Notes: generated from the letters alone by a model not told the origin. Numbered from the stretch's first letter, positions 37,520-48,443 are shown. The stretch: 64,000 nt of DNA from Myxococcota bacterium (GCA_044344255.1 JBIJDH010000009.1:191251-255250); one strand, 5' to 3'. Numbers and translations are program-made.

Positions 37520-38428
37520 TCACTGGAGGAAGAACACGAGGACGGCGATGATCACGGCGAGGACGATCAGCACGCCGACCACCGCGACGGCCAACGAGCT
37601 CGCCGGCGGGGAGGCGGGGGCCGCGGCGGGGGCAGCCGCCGGAGGAGCCTCGGTGCGGACCTTGGGGGAGGAGACCGCGGGGGTGGCCGGGGCTCCGCTC
37701 CGCGGCTCCACCCGCGAGACGGGCTCGGGGCCGGAGAGGGCGCCCGCCCGCAGCGCATGGGTGAAGGCCGCGAACTCAGCGACGTCGCGGCAGAGGTCCA
37801 TATCGGAGATCAGCCACTTCTCGAAGAAGGCCTCCTCATCGACCGAGGCCATCCGGCCCGCCTCGTAGAGCGGAAGGGGCCCGCGGTCGAGGTTCGCAGA
37901 GTCGGGCACGACGCTGAAGGCGACGCCGACTTGATCCCGGAGGAGGCGCTTCAAGGTGTAGCGGGCGTCGAGCAGGGCGTAGGGCCACCCCCCGAGCTCT
38001 TCGGCGCGGCGCACCAGCTCTTCCACGCTGCCCTCCCCCGAATAGGCGAGGGCGAGCAGGCGCACGCGATGCGGCTCGAGGTTGGGACGCACCTGCGCCA
38101 GCAGCTCGGAGGGCGATCGGTTGGCGGTGAGCGTGTTCGGGAGGTCACCCGCCTGCGCCCGACCGCCGCCCGCCATCACCTCCCGGTGGACGATGCCGTG
38201 GGCCCAGTCGACCAGCTCGGCGGAGCGGCTGACCTCGCGGATGCCCTGCGCGAAGGCGTCGCAGGCCCGGCGCCAGGGCTCTTGCCCCTGGCGGTCGCCC
38301 AGGCGGACGGACGTGATGGCGTAGCACCAGTCGGTGAACAGGCGTGCCATCGCCTGACCGGCGGCCGCGTCGCCCGAACGCCATTGCTTGTGGAGCTGCT
38401 GAACGGAGGGAGTGGCGTCGTCCGCCAT
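37520..38428 (-). CDS. Hypothetical protein resembling a degenerate ECF sigma/anti-sigma fusion with a C-terminal TM
   Basis: Region-2-like, region-4-like and zf-HC2-like spacing; C-terminal hydrophobic helix. The CDS is solid; the family call is tentative. Confidence 0.55.
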   Translation of the reverse strand: MADDATPSVQQLHKQWRSGDAAAGQAMARLFTDWCYAITSVRLGDRQGQEPWRRACDAFAQGIREVSRSAELVDWAHGIVHREVMAGGGRAQAGDLPNTLTANRSPSELLAQVRPNLEPHRVRLLALAYSGEGSVEELVRRAEELGGWPYALLDARYTLKRLLRDQVGVAFSVVPDSANLDRGPLPLYEAGRMASVDEEAFFEKWLISDMDLCRDVAEFAAFTHALRAGALSGPEPVSRVEPRSGAPATPAVSSPKVRTEAPPAAAPAAAPASPPASSLAVAVVGVLIVLAVIIAVLVFFLQ

Positions 38429-38508
38429 AGATCAACTTCCGGTGAGTCGGGGGGCAGGGGCCCCCATCATAGGGATCCTCGACCCCCGAAGCAAGCCCGC
38501 GGCGCGGT

Positions 38509-39219
38509 TCAGGACCAGCGCGCGCGAACGGAGGTGATCACCGCTTCGGGCAACCAACAAAATCGTGCATCCAGGCTGACCGGAGGCGATCCGGAGACGA
38601 GGTGGAGCTTGACCTCGGCGACGCCGTCCGCCCTCGGCCACACCTCGGCCTCGTGGAAGTCGATGTACCGGCCGAGGCGCGGGGCCAAGGCCTTGTAGAT
38701 CGACTCCTTGATCGAGAAGCGGAGGAGGGTTGAGGTCCAGCGCCGCTCGGGCGGCTGCTCGAGGATGGCGCTCTGCTCCTCGGGGCGGAGCACCCTCTCC
38801 TCGATCCCGGGACGGGCGGGCAGGAGGTCTTCGAGATCGACGCCCACGGTCTGGTCTTCGACCCGACACGCGAGGGCGATGGCGAGGGTGGCCTTGTGGG
38901 AGATCGACAGCCCGATCCCCGGGGGCACCATCGGGGCGCCGCGCTCGTCGGGCAGGATGGCTCCCACCGGACGGCCGAGGGCCTGCAGCGCCCCACGGGC
39001 GGCGATTCGCCCGCCGGCGAAGGTGACCTGGCGCAGGCCCAGGAGACCACCGAGGTGCACTCGCTCGTCGGGGTGCAGGCGGGCGATCACCTCTTCGGGA
39101 ACGCCGGGCTCAATCGGGAGCGTCACCCCGACGACGAGCCCATGAGGGAGGGCATCCCGAAACACGGTCTGATAGGACTTCACCGCCGCCTCGTAACGGC
39201 GGCCCCTTTTCTGGGCCAT
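38509..39219 (-). CDS. 4'-phosphopantetheinyl transferase (EntD/Sfp type)
   Basis: F.GGR.AAR.AL, GAP..P, SISHK, VGVDLE, FSIKESIYKA. Confidence 0.9.
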   Translation of the reverse strand: MAQKRGRRYEAAVKSYQTVFRDALPHGLVVGVTLPIEPGVPEEVIARLHPDERVHLGGLLGLRQVTFAGGRIAARGALQALGRPVGAILPDERGAPMVPPGIGLSISHKATLAIALACRVEDQTVGVDLEDLLPARPGIEERVLRPEEQSAILEQPPERRWTSTLLRFSIKESIYKALAPRLGRYIDFHEAEVWPRADGVAEVKLHLVSGSPPVSLDARFCWLPEAVITSVRARWS

Positions 39220-39327
39220 CCTCGCCTCCGGGGATTTCCGCGGCGGAGCCGAGACGGCCCCGCGGCAACAAAGGATTCCCACCAGGGGCTTGATCTGGGA
39301 CCGACGGACCCATTAGCAAGGAGACGC

Positions 39328-40113
39328 ATGGCCCCCTCCAATCGCACACGCCCCTCCGCGCTCCTCCCTCCGCCGGCACCGTCACGGCCGGACCGCCCCG
39401 GCGTGGGGGTCGCGCTCGCGCTGGCGCTGGGCCTGGCGCTCCTGGGGAGCGGGCGTGCCGCCGCAGACGAGGTCAACGACGCGGAGCACGACCGCATCGC
39501 CGACGAGATGGAGAAGCTCGCCCAGCGCCAGATTTGGAGCGGGGTCGAGCGTAAGTACGAAGACCTCGTCAAGCTGAACTGCAAGCTCACCGAAGAGGAC
39601 TACCTCCACGGCGCCTACGCCGCCCGTGAGCTCGGTGACGTCATGGCCGCCTACGCCCGCCTGAAGGCCGCCGCGAAGATCAACGGCACCAAGGAGATCG
39701 TAGACTGGCTGTGGGACATCGACAACAACTACGGCCAGGTCGAGCTCGTGAGCGTGCCGGCCCGCTCGGCGGTGCTCGATGGTGGAGAATTGCCCTTTGA
39801 CCCGAACAAGCGGAAGGCCGTAGAGGCCGCCATCAAGTCGTCGAAGATCGACGGCATCTTCGTCGGCATGTTGCCCAAGGGTGAATACTCCTTCGCTGGA
39901 CAGCGTTTCACGGTTGAGCCCGGCATCTCGGTGCGCATCGAGGTCTCCCCCAAGATGCGCCGCCAGGGCCTCATCGACCCCGTCATCGTTTACCGAGAGA
40001 TGCCCGGCTCGGTCGTCGGGACCGGCGGGACGGCCGTCGCGCCCCCTGCACCTCCCCCGCCAGACCCGCCCCCGTCGGACGACGCCCCCACCCCTGACCC
40101 GGGAAACAAGTAG
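39328..40113 (+). CDS. Hypothetical exported protein (helical N-domain, beta C-domain, Pro-rich tail)
   Basis: AAGGAG RBS; signal peptide ending AAA; strong GC3 bias. Confidence 0.7.
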   Translation: MAPSNRTRPSALLPPPAPSRPDRPGVGVALALALGLALLGSGRAAADEVNDAEHDRIADEMEKLAQRQIWSGVERKYEDLVKLNCKLTEEDYLHGAYAARELGDVMAAYARLKAAAKINGTKEIVDWLWDIDNNYGQVELVSVPARSAVLDGGELPFDPNKRKAVEAAIKSSKIDGIFVGMLPKGEYSFAGQRFTVEPGISVRIEVSPKMRRQGLIDPVIVYREMPGSVVGTGGTAVAPPAPPPPDPPPSDDAPTPDPGNK

Positions 40114-40842
40114 ATGCTCTCGCTCCTCCTCACCCTCCTCTCCCCCGCAGCCGAAGCCAAAGACGGCCCCTACATGTGGGGGGCCGGCCCGACGCTGTCC
40201 ACCATCGCGCTCCCTGGCGCCTTCCCGATGAGCTGGGCCCATGAGGAAGGCGACCTCAAGAACGACGTCTTCGGAGACGAGCAGAAGGTCGGCGGCAAGG
40301 ACGTCGGGATCGGCGGCCGCGGCGTCGTCTACCTGAACAAGGACTGGCGCGGCGGCGCTCGCCTGAACCTCGGCTTCGGCGAGAATGGCTACCGTGCCCA
40401 GAACTTCACCCTGGAGGTCGACAAGATCTTCGGCGGGGAGAGCGGCGCCCACGTCTTCGGCGGCGCTGGCGTCGGCATCGGCCACATGAGCTTCTCGCCC
40501 CAGGGTACCGGCTGCGAGAGCGGCGCCTGCGGCAATACCTGGACGACCAACGAGCCCGACAAGCTCAGCGTCAACGACTACCTCATCCGCGGCCAGGTCG
40601 GCGGCTACTACCGGATGAAGAACAAGGCCGTTGAGCTGGCCTTCTTCGCCGCGCTCCCCTGGCCGAGCCGCCAGCTCATCGAGGTGGACACCACCGCCGA
40701 CGCCGACCCCGTCAAGGGCGGCATCTACTTCCAGGCGGGCCTCGAGGCGACGATGTACTTCGGTGACTTCACCAAGCCGAAGGACGACGACGGCGGCAAG
40801 AAGCACAAGAAGAACAAGAAGAACAAGAAGAACAAGAACTGA
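40114..40842 (+). CDS. Outer-membrane beta-barrel-like protein with Lys/Asn-rich C-terminal tail
   Basis: Signal peptide (AEA); Gly/aromatic amphipathic strands; TAGATG junction with the upstream gene. Confidence 0.65.
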   Translation: MLSLLLTLLSPAAEAKDGPYMWGAGPTLSTIALPGAFPMSWAHEEGDLKNDVFGDEQKVGGKDVGIGGRGVVYLNKDWRGGARLNLGFGENGYRAQNFTLEVDKIFGGESGAHVFGGAGVGIGHMSFSPQGTGCESGACGNTWTTNEPDKLSVNDYLIRGQVGGYYRMKNKAVELAFFAALPWPSRQLIEVDTTADADPVKGGIYFQAGLEATMYFGDFTKPKDDDGGKKHKKNKKNKKNKN

Positions 40843-40883
40843 ACCCTCGGCCCCCGTACGGGGGCGACGGTCGATGCAGCCAG

Positions 40884-40913
40884 GCCCCCCGGGTGATGAG
40901 CCCGGGGGGCTTT
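40884..40913 (+). terminator. Intrinsic terminator-like hairpin between convergent genes
   Basis: GCCCCCCGGG-TGATGAG-CCCGGGGGGC followed by TTT. Confidence 0.6.
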
Positions 40914-40929
40914 GCGTCGACCGGCTCGG

Positions 40930-42486
40930 TCAGTAAGCCCGAGCGAAGAGGGCCATGTGGGTGGCCGGGCGGCCGGAGTAGAAGCACGTGGCGCCGGCCG
41001 CGGCCTCCTGCCCCTCGATGGGGTAGCAGCGGATGGTGGCCCGACAGTCAGCCTTGATCGCCGCTTCGTTGTCGGCGTCGTCGGCCCAAGGCACGAGGAA
41101 GAAGCCGCCGTCGGGCAGCGCCGCCTTCAGGGCCTCGTAGCTGTCCACGCTGCGGGTGCGCCGCTCCCGGTCCTGGAGGGCCCGGTCGTAGAGCTCCTGC
41201 TGGATCCCTTCGAGCAGGCCGGTCACCCGGGCGCGGAGGTCCGCGGCGTCGGCGCCGATCGGCAGGTTGAACTTGCCCCCGCCCGTGCGCTTGGCGCAGA
41301 AGGCGCTGTCCCCATCGACGTCGCGGGGGCCGACCTCCATCCGGAGGGGTACGCCCTTCCGCTCCCACTCGAAGTACTTGGCGCCGGGCTTGAGGCCCTC
41401 GCGGTCGTCGACCACGACGCGGAACGAGGGGCCGAGCAGCCGCTTGACACGATGCGCGAACTCGACCACCCGGTCCTTCTGGTCGTCGCCGCGCCAGATC
41501 GGCACGATGACCACCTGGGTGGCGGCGACCTTCGGGGGCAGCACGAGGCCGGTGTCGTCGGAGTGGGTCATGATGACCGCCCCGATGAGCCGAGTGGAGA
41601 CGCCCCAGCTCGTCGCCCAGACGAGCTCGAGCTGACCGGCGGCGCTCTGGAAGGTGACGTCAAAGGCGCGGGCGAAATTCTGTCCGAGGAAGTGGCTGGT
41701 GCCCGCTTGGAGCGCCCAGCCGTTCTGCATCATCGCCTCGATGGTGTAGGTGTCCTCGGCGCCCGCGAAGCGCTCGCTCTTGCTCTTGCGGCCGGGCACG
41801 ACGGGGATGGCGAGGGTCTCGGCGCAGAAGGCGGTGTAGACCTGGAGCATCCGCTCGGCCTCCTCGACGGCCTCGGCCTCGGTGGCATGGGCGGTGTGGC
41901 CCTCCTGCCAGAGGAATTCCGCGGTGCGGAGGAAGGGGCGGGTGCGCATCTCCCAGCGGACCACGTTGGCCCATTGGTTGATGAGGATCGGCAGGTCCCG
42001 CCAGGACTTGATCCAGCGGCCGTACATGTGCCAGATGATGGTCTCGCTCGTGGGGCGGACGATCAGCGGCTCATCGAGCTTGGCGGTGGGATCGGGCTCG
42101 ACGCCGCCGCCCTCGGCGGCCCGGAGGCGGTGGTGGGTGACCACCGCGCACTCCTTGGCGAAGCCCTCGACGTGCTCGGCCTCCTTGGAGAGGAAAGACT
42201 GGGGGATGAAGAGGGGGAAGTAGGCGTTGGTGTGCCCCGTCTCCTTGAAGCGACGATCGAGGTCTTCCTTGATGAACTCCCAGATCGCGTAGCCCGCGGG
42301 CCGGATGACCATGCAGCCGCGCACCGGTGAGGCGTCGATCAGCTCGGCGGCGGCGATGACGTCGAGGTACCACTGAGAGTAGTCCTGGGCCCGCGGCGTG
42401 ATCGCCTGCTCGGCCGTCTTTCCGGCGTCCTGGCTCTTGTTCTGGCCCTTGCCCTGCTTCTTCTCGGCCTGATTCGACTCGGCCAT
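40930..42486 (-). CDS. proS: Proline--tRNA ligase (archaeal/eukaryotic-like type, no INS editing domain)
   Basis: [47 protein letters not shown]-terminal ARAY. Confidence 0.96.
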   Translation of the reverse strand: MAESNQAEKKQGKGQNKSQDAGKTAEQAITPRAQDYSQWYLDVIAAAELIDASPVRGCMVIRPAGYAIWEFIKEDLDRRFKETGHTNAYFPLFIPQSFLSKEAEHVEGFAKECAVVTHHRLRAAEGGGVEPDPTAKLDEPLIVRPTSETIIWHMYGRWIKSWRDLPILINQWANVVRWEMRTRPFLRTAEFLWQEGHTAHATEAEAVEEAERMLQVYTAFCAETLAIPVVPGRKSKSERFAGAEDTYTIEAMMQNGWALQAGTSHFLGQNFARAFDVTFQSAAGQLELVWATSWGVSTRLIGAVIMTHSDDTGLVLPPKVAATQVVIVPIWRGDDQKDRVVEFAHRVKRLLGPSFRVVVDDREGLKPGAKYFEWERKGVPLRMEVGPRDVDGDSAFCAKRTGGGKFNLPIGADAADLRARVTGLLEGIQQELYDRALQDRERRTRSVDSYEALKAALPDGGFFLVPWADDADNEAAIKADCRATIRCYPIEGQEAAAGATCFYSGRPATHMALFARAY

Positions 42487-42658
42487 GACCCGCTCCTGCG
42501 CTGTGCACCCTTCGCTTCGGAATCTCCTCCGCTCGCCCTTCGCGAGCGTGGAAGATGGGGTTCTCCCCGTGCGGACGCCCGATAACCCCACCCGAGCCCT
42601 CCCGGGTAGCCGAGGGGTCAAGTTCACAGTAAGGGTGGGGCCATCGCGGAGGGTTCCC

Positions 42659-44707
42659 TTGTCCAGTCAAGAGCAGGCATCCAGCAAGACGGCAACACCC
42701 TCTGAGCCCGGGGCGCCCGCCTTTGGGCCGGCGGAGCTGGCGGCGATCCGGGCGCGCACGGCCAACATCATCCGCGGCCTGGCGATGGACGCCATCCAGA
42801 CCGCTGACTCCGGGCACCCCGGCATGCCGATGGGCATGGCCGACATCGCCGCGGTCCTCTGGGGCGAGGTGCTCAAGCACGACCCCTCCGATCCCGCCTG
42901 GCCTGACCGCGACCGCGTGATCCTCTCCAACGGCCACGGTTCGATGCTGCTCTACGCGATGCTGCACCTCACCGGCACTGCGCTCACGTTGGACGACCTC
43001 AAGCGCTTCCGTCAGTGGGGCTCCGTCACGGCCGGGCACCCCGAGTACGGCGAGGCCCCCGGCATCGAGACCACCACCGGGCCGCTCGGCCAGGGCTTCG
43101 CCAACGGGGTGGGGATGGCCATCGCCGAGCGCTGGCTGGCCGCCCGCTTCGGCGGCGCGCGGGTAGACCACCACACCTACGTCCTCACCGGCGACGGGTG
43201 TTTGATGGAGGGGATCTCCGGCGAGGCCGCCTCGCTCGCCGGCCACCTGAAGCTCGGCAAGCTGATCGTCCTTTGGGACGACAACCGCATCACCATCGAT
43301 GGCTCGACCGAGCTGTCCTTCACCGAGGACGTCGCCGCCCGCTTCCGGGCCTACGGCTGGCAGGTGCTGCACCTCGACGGGCACGATCCCGTCGCCATCC
43401 GCGCCGGCCTCGAGGCCGCCAAGGCCGAGGGGGAGCGGCCCACCCTGCTCGCCTGCCGGACCACGATCGGCTTCGGGGCGCCCACCTTGGCGGGGACGAG
43501 CAAGTCGCACGGCGCCCCCCTCGGGAAGGCCGAGGTCGCCGGCGCCAAGCGGGCGCTGGGCCTCGATCCCGAGCAGCACTTCCACGTCGATCCCGCCGTC
43601 ACCGCCTGGCTGCGCAGCCGCGACGGGGAGCGCCGGGCGGCCCGCCTTGACTGGGAGGCCGCCCTCGCCGCCTCCCCCGACAAGGCCCGCTGGGACCGCT
43701 TCTTCAGCGCCCCTGACCTCAGCGCGGTCGCCTGGCCCACGTTCCCGGCCGGGGGCAAGCTCGCCACCCGCAAGGCGGGGCAGGCCACCCTCCAGGCGCT
43801 GGCCGCGGGCCTCGAGGGCCTGCTCGGTGGCAGCGCCGATCTCGCCGAGAGCAACGGCACGCACCTCCACGGCGGCGGTGACATCACGGGCGCTGACTTC
43901 ACCAAACGAAACCTGAACTTCGGCATCCGTGAGCACGCGATGGCGGGGATCTGCAACGGCCTCGCCCTCCACGGCGGCGTGCAGCCCTTCTGCGCCACCT
44001 TCCTCACCTTCCACGACTACATGCGGCCGAGCGTGCGCCTGAGCGCGCTCATGCATCTGCCGGTCATCTACGTCTACACCCACGACAGCGTCTTCCTCGG
44101 CGAGGACGGCCCCACGCACCAGCCCATCGAGCAGATCATGTCGATGCGGACGATGCCCAACCTCTGGGTGATCCGGCCGGCCGACGCCGCCGAGACCGCC
44201 CTCGCCTGGCGCATCGCCCTCGAGCGGCGCGACGGCCCCACCGCCCTCTGCCTCACCCGGCAGAACCTGCCGATCTACGACCGCGCGGTGCATGGCGCGG
44301 CCGAGGGGGCCCTCCGCGGCGGCTACGTGCTCTCCGACTCCGCCGACGGCGCGCCCGACGTCGTGCTCATCGGCACCGGGAGCGAGGTCGGCCTCGCGAT
44401 GAGCGCCCAGGCGGCGCTGCTCGCCCGCGGGGTGCGGAGCCGCGTGGTGAGCCTGCCTTGCTGGGAGCTCTTCGCTCGTCAGGATCGCGCCTGGATCGAC
44501 GCCGTGCTGCCGAAGGGCGTCCCGCGGGTCTCGATCGAGGCCGGCGTGACCTTCGGCTGGGAGCGCTTCGTCGGGGCCAACGGGGCCAGCGTCGGCATCG
44601 ACCGCTTCGGCGCCTCGGCCCCCGGCGAGGTCGTGGCGAGCAAGCTCGGGCTCAACGTCGAGAACGTGGTGGGGACGGTCGAGCGGGTGCTCGCCCTCCC
44701 CCAGTAG
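42659..44707 (+). CDS. tkt: Transketolase
   Basis: [49 protein letters not shown] start inferred from a GGAGGG RBS. Confidence 0.96.
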   Translation: MSSQEQASSKTATPSEPGAPAFGPAELAAIRARTANIIRGLAMDAIQTADSGHPGMPMGMADIAAVLWGEVLKHDPSDPAWPDRDRVILSNGHGSMLLYAMLHLTGTALTLDDLKRFRQWGSVTAGHPEYGEAPGIETTTGPLGQGFANGVGMAIAERWLAARFGGARVDHHTYVLTGDGCLMEGISGEAASLAGHLKLGKLIVLWDDNRITIDGSTELSFTEDVAARFRAYGWQVLHLDGHDPVAIRAGLEAAKAEGERPTLLACRTTIGFGAPTLAGTSKSHGAPLGKAEVAGAKRALGLDPEQHFHVDPAVTAWLRSRDGERRAARLDWEAALAASPDKARWDRFFSAPDLSAVAWPTFPAGGKLATRKAGQATLQALAAGLEGLLGGSADLAESNGTHLHGGGDITGADFTKRNLNFGIREHAMAGICNGLALHGGVQPFCATFLTFHDYMRPSVRLSALMHLPVIYVYTHDSVFLGEDGPTHQPIEQIMSMRTMPNLWVIRPADAAETALAWRIALERRDGPTALCLTRQNLPIYDRAVHGAAEGALRGGYVLSDSADGAPDVVLIGTGSEVGLAMSAQAALLARGVRSRVVSLPCWELFARQDRAWIDAVLPKGVPRVSIEAGVTFGWERFVGANGASVGIDRFGASAPGEVVASKLGLNVENVVGTVERVLALPQ

Positions 44708-44731
44708 GCGAGGATCGACCCCGGAGGGAGG

Positions 44732-47473
44732 ATGGCCCAGCGCGGCCCGATCGAGGGGGCGAGGCCGCGGAGCGCCGCGGGGCGGGAGGGTCAGCGGGCC
44801 CCGGCGCCCAAGCGACCGCGCCGGTCCGGCGGGGGCGGCGGGCGGAGCAAGGGCGCCAAGCCGCGGGGGGTGGCCGGCTGGCTGCGGTTCATCGCCTTCG
44901 GCTTCATCAAGCTGCTGCTGGCGCTCAGCCTCGGCGTCACCTTCGGGGGCACCTTCGTCGTCTGGGTGCTGTACAAGGTCGCCGTGGTCGAGGTGGAGGG
45001 CCACCTCTCGCGCCCGGTCTGGGCGATGACCGGCCGCGTCTACTCGGCGCCGATCGAGCTGTGGACGGGGCTCCAAGCGAGCCCGGAGTCCGTGGCGCAC
45101 GCCCTTCAGTCCGCAGGTTACGCGCGGGTGCCGCAGGCCGAGCGCCCCGGTGACTTCCAGGTCAGCGCCGAAGCGGTGAAGGTCCATCGGCCGGCGGCGG
45201 AGGGTCCAGGCTGGAAGGTGAAGGAGGCGACGGTCGAGCTGCGCTTCGGCGAGGGCCGCATCCGGTCGATCGAGCCCCCGGGTCGGGCCGTCTTCGCGCC
45301 TGCCGAGCTGTCGAGCGTGCGCGGGTCGGGCAACGAGGCCCGCCGCCCGGTCCACTTGGCCGAGGTCCCTGTCGTGATGCGCCAGGCCGTGCTCGCGATG
45401 GAAGACGCCCGCTTCTACGAGCATGAGGGCCTCGATCCCGTCGGCATCGGCCGCGCGATCTTCAACAATGTGGTGCTCGGCCGCCCGATGCAGGGCGGCA
45501 GCACGCTCACCCAGCAGGTGGTGAAGAACCTCTTCCTGACCGTCGAGCGCACCTACGAACGAAAGGCCCGCGAGGCCCTGCTCAGCGTCGCCCTCGAGCG
45601 GGTGCGCACCAAGGACCAGATCCTCGAGCTTTACCTGAACGAGATCTACCTCGGGCAGGTGGCGGGGGCCTCGGTCTGCGGCGTCGATCAGGCCAGCCGA
45701 GCCTACTTCGGCCGGCCGATCGAGCGCATCTCGCTCGGTGAGGCCGCCACCTTGGCCGGCATCGTCTCGGCCCCAAACCGCTACTCTCCGCTCCAGCACC
45801 CCGAGGCCGCCCTCGAGCGCCGCGATCTGGCCCTGAGCCGGATGGCCGAGGTCGGCTTCATCCGCGCCGACGTGGCCACCGCTGAGCAGAAGCGCGCCCT
45901 CGAGCTCCACCCATCGGCCCAGAAGCGCCAAGCGACCTGGGCGGTGGACGCCGCCATCGGCCGCACCGAGGCCGAGCTCGGCGAGGGGAGCGTCGCGGCG
46001 CGCGGGCTCTCCGTCTACACCGACATCAACCCCCTGCTCCAGTCTCTCGCCGAGGCCGCCGTGGAGGCCGGCGGGGCTGAGCTCGACGCCGCCCACCCCC
46101 GCTCGGCCGGCGCCGAGATCGCCCTCGTGGCCGTGCGGGTCCGCGACGGGGCGATCGTCGCCATGGTCGGCGGCCGGAGCTACGCCCGCAGCCAGTTCAA
46201 CCGGGCGGTCTTCGGCGAGCGTCAGGTGGGCTCCACGGTCAAGCCCATCACCTTCCTCGCCGCCTTCGAGGACGACCCGACCCAGAGCCCCGCGACGGTG
46301 GTCGTGGACGAGCCCATCGAGCGCACCGTCGACGGCAAGCTCTGGGCCCCTCAGAACTACGACGGCCGCTACGTCGGCGCGGTCACCTGGCGGCGGGCCC
46401 TCGATCAGAGCCGCAACGTGCCGGCGGTGCTCGTGGCCGAGCAGGTGGGCCTCCGCCGCCTCGACCAGCTCTCCGACGCCCTCGGTCTCGCCGCCGTCGA
46501 GCCCTACCCAAGCAGCGCGCTCGGCGCCTTCGGGGCCACCCCGGCGGCGCTGGCGGGCGCCTACACCGTCTTCCCTGGTGGAGGCCTGGTGGCCCGCCCG
46601 CGACTCGTCCGCGCGGTCCGCGACGCCGCCGGCGCGCAGCTCTGGGGGGAGGAGGGCGGGGTCCATCGGGTGGTCTCGGGCCGGGCCGCCTTCCTCGCCA
46701 CCTCGATGCTCCGCACGGTGGTCACAGAGGGGACCGCTCACAGCGCCGCAAAGTACGGGGCGGTCGGCGCGCTCGGCGGCAAGACCGGCACCACCGACGA
46801 GCTCCGCGACGCCTGGTTCGTGGGCTTCTCCGAGACCCTCGTCACCGCCGTCTGGGTGGGCTTCGACCGCGGGCGTGACCTCGGCCTGACGGGGGGAGAG
46901 GCCGCCTTGCCCACCTGGGCCCGCTTCATGGCCGCCACCGGCACCGCCGGCCGCAGCTTCGCCGCCCCCGACGATGTCGAGTCAGTGCCGATCTGCGCCG
47001 AGTCCCACCAGCCACTCTCGCCCGCCTGCCCGAGCCCGTCGACCGAGTGGATGAGCCGCGGCTACACGCCCGCCGCGACCTGCCCCCTGCACGGCGAGGC
47101 CACGCCCGCCGCGCCGCCTCCCGAGGCGGTCCCGACCGGAGGGGCGGCGGTGAAGCCAGAGGCCGAGCCCAAGAAGCCCGAGCCCGAGAAGGAGGCGAAG
47201 AAGGACGCCAAGAAGGACGCCAAGAAGGACGCCAAGAAGGACGCCAAGAAGGACGCCAAGAAGGACGCCAAGAAGGACGCGACGAAGAAGCAGGGAGGGG
47301 AGGACGCCAAGAAGGACGCCAAGAAGAAGCAGGGAGGGGAGGACGCCAAGAAGGACGCGACGAAGAAGCAGGGAGGGGAGGGCGCCAAGAAGGACGCCAA
47401 GAAGAAGCAAGGAGGTGAGGGCGCACAGCCGACGAAGCGCGGGGGGCGTCAGGTGGAGGCGACAGCGGGATAG
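44732..47473 (+). CDS. mrcB: Class A penicillin-binding protein 1B with Lys-rich repetitive C-terminal tail
   Basis: TM, UB2H-like segment, EDARFYEH.G, GGSTLTQQ..KN, STVK, SRN, KTGT. Confidence 0.9.
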   Translation: MAQRGPIEGARPRSAAGREGQRAPAPKRPRRSGGGGGRSKGAKPRGVAGWLRFIAFGFIKLLLALSLGVTFGGTFVVWVLYKVAVVEVEGHLSRPVWAMTGRVYSAPIELWTGLQASPESVAHALQSAGYARVPQAERPGDFQVSAEAVKVHRPAAEGPGWKVKEATVELRFGEGRIRSIEPPGRAVFAPAELSSVRGSGNEARRPVHLAEVPVVMRQAVLAMEDARFYEHEGLDPVGIGRAIFNNVVLGRPMQGGSTLTQQVVKNLFLTVERTYERKAREALLSVALERVRTKDQILELYLNEIYLGQVAGASVCGVDQASRAYFGRPIERISLGEAATLAGIVSAPNRYSPLQHPEAALERRDLALSRMAEVGFIRADVATAEQKRALELHPSAQKRQATWAVDAAIGRTEAELGEGSVAARGLSVYTDINPLLQSLAEAAVEAGGAELDAAHPRSAGAEIALVAVRVRDGAIVAMVGGRSYARSQFNRAVFGERQVGSTVKPITFLAAFEDDPTQSPATVVVDEPIERTVDGKLWAPQNYDGRYVGAVTWRRALDQSRNVPAVLVAEQVGLRRLDQLSDALGLAAVEPYPSSALGAFGATPAALAGAYTVFPGGGLVARPRLVRAVRDAAGAQLWGEEGGVHRVVSGRAAFLATSMLRTVVTEGTAHSAAKYGAVGALGGKTGTTDELRDAWFVGFSETLVTAVWVGFDRGRDLGLTGGEAALPTWARFMAATGTAGRSFAAPDDVESVPICAESHQPLSPACPSPSTEWMSRGYTPAATCPLHGEATPAAPPPEAVPTGGAAVKPEAEPKKPEPEKEAKKDAKKDAKKDAKKDAKKDAKKDAKKDATKKQGGEDAKKDAKKKQGGEDAKKDATKKQGGEGAKKDAKKKQGGEGAQPTKRGGRQVEATAG
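47198..47424 (+). repeat. Coding tandem repeat: 12-bp AAGAAGGACGCC x7, merging into a 39-bp unit x4
   Basis: Read directly; encodes (KKDA)7, the last of which begins four KKDA[T/K]KKQGGE[D/G]A units. Confidence 0.95.
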
Positions 47474-47511
47474 GCTGGAAGGGCCCCCCGCTGGCGCACA
47501 GGAGCGAACCG

Positions 47512-47874
47512 ATGACGCATTTGGACCCACGAGCCCCCTCCGAACGCGCCGCCGAGGCCCCCGCGCCGCCCGTAGACGCGATCACCGTAGACCTCCTCGC
47601 CGAGCTCGCCGCGATCCGATCCCTGCTCGGTGGCCTCTCGCACGCCGAGCCCGAGGCCGTCCACGCCGCCCTCGACGCGGCGCACGCCGCCGGCTCCGCC
47701 GAAGAGCCAGAGCGAGCCGCCGTCGCGGAGGCCGTCGGTCGAGCGGTGGGCATCTCCCGCCAGGCGGAGGGCTGGGGAGAGGCCGCCCCGGAGCTCCGCC
47801 CGCGCCTCTGGGCCGTGGCCGCCTGGCTGCAGCACTACGCCGCGCCGGTGCTCGAGCACATCCCCACGCTGTGA
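47512..47874 (+). CDS. Hypothetical small helical protein
   Basis: AGGAG RBS, ATG start, fills the intergenic gap. Confidence 0.55.
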   Translation: MTHLDPRAPSERAAEAPAPPVDAITVDLLAELAAIRSLLGGLSHAEPEAVHAALDAAHAAGSAEEPERAAVAEAVGRAVGISRQAEGWGEAAPELRPRLWAVAAWLQHYAAPVLEHIPTL

Positions 47875-47889
47875 GCTGCGCCGACGGGG

Positions 47890-48375
47890 TCAGCCCGTCG
47901 GGGCCGCGCCCTTCTCAGCCTGGGCCTTCTGGGCCCGGCTGAGCCAGGCGTCGAAGGCGTTGGCGAAGACCCGCACCGCCTTGTCATCGAGGGGAGGGGG
48001 GCCGCCGCCGGGCACGAGGCCGCTCTCCCGCGCCTCCATCATCCAGTCGCGCAGGCTGAGGCGCTCTCGAACGTTGGCGGCCGTGTAGGTCTCCCCCCGG
48101 GCGCTGATCGCGGGCACCCCCTTCTCGACGAGCTCGGCGGCGAGGGGCAGGTCAGAGGTGATCACCAGATCCCCCGGCTGGGCGTGCTGGACGAGCCAGG
48201 CGTCGGCCACATCGAGGCCGGCCGCCACCTTGACCGCCGAGATCCGGGGATGCCGGGGCACGACCACCGCGCGGTTGGCCACCAGCACCACCGTGACCCC
48301 CCGGCGCTCCGCCGCACGGAACAGGATCTCCTTCACGGCCTTGGGACAGCCGTCCCCGTCAATCCACACCGTCAT
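47890..48375 (-). CDS. YaiI/YqxD (UPF0178) family protein
   Basis: WIDGDGCP, DVADAW, GDLVITSDLPLA, RGE.YT. Confidence 0.92.
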   Translation of the reverse strand: MTVWIDGDGCPKAVKEILFRAAERRGVTVVLVANRAVVVPRHPRISAVKVAAGLDVADAWLVQHAQPGDLVITSDLPLAAELVEKGVPAISARGETYTAANVRERLSLRDWMMEARESGLVPGGGPPPLDDKAVRVFANAFDAWLSRAQKAQAEKGAAPTG

Positions 48376-48443
48376 GGCCCGCCCTCCCCGGTCGATCTGG
48401 CTGCCCGGCCTGAACGATCGCTGAACGACGAATCGTTCAACGA

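Noticed and set aside
48409..48443. Short CTGAACGA repeats and inverted repeat between the FKBP and YaiI genes
   Set aside because: Too short to distinguish an operator from a simple hairpin.
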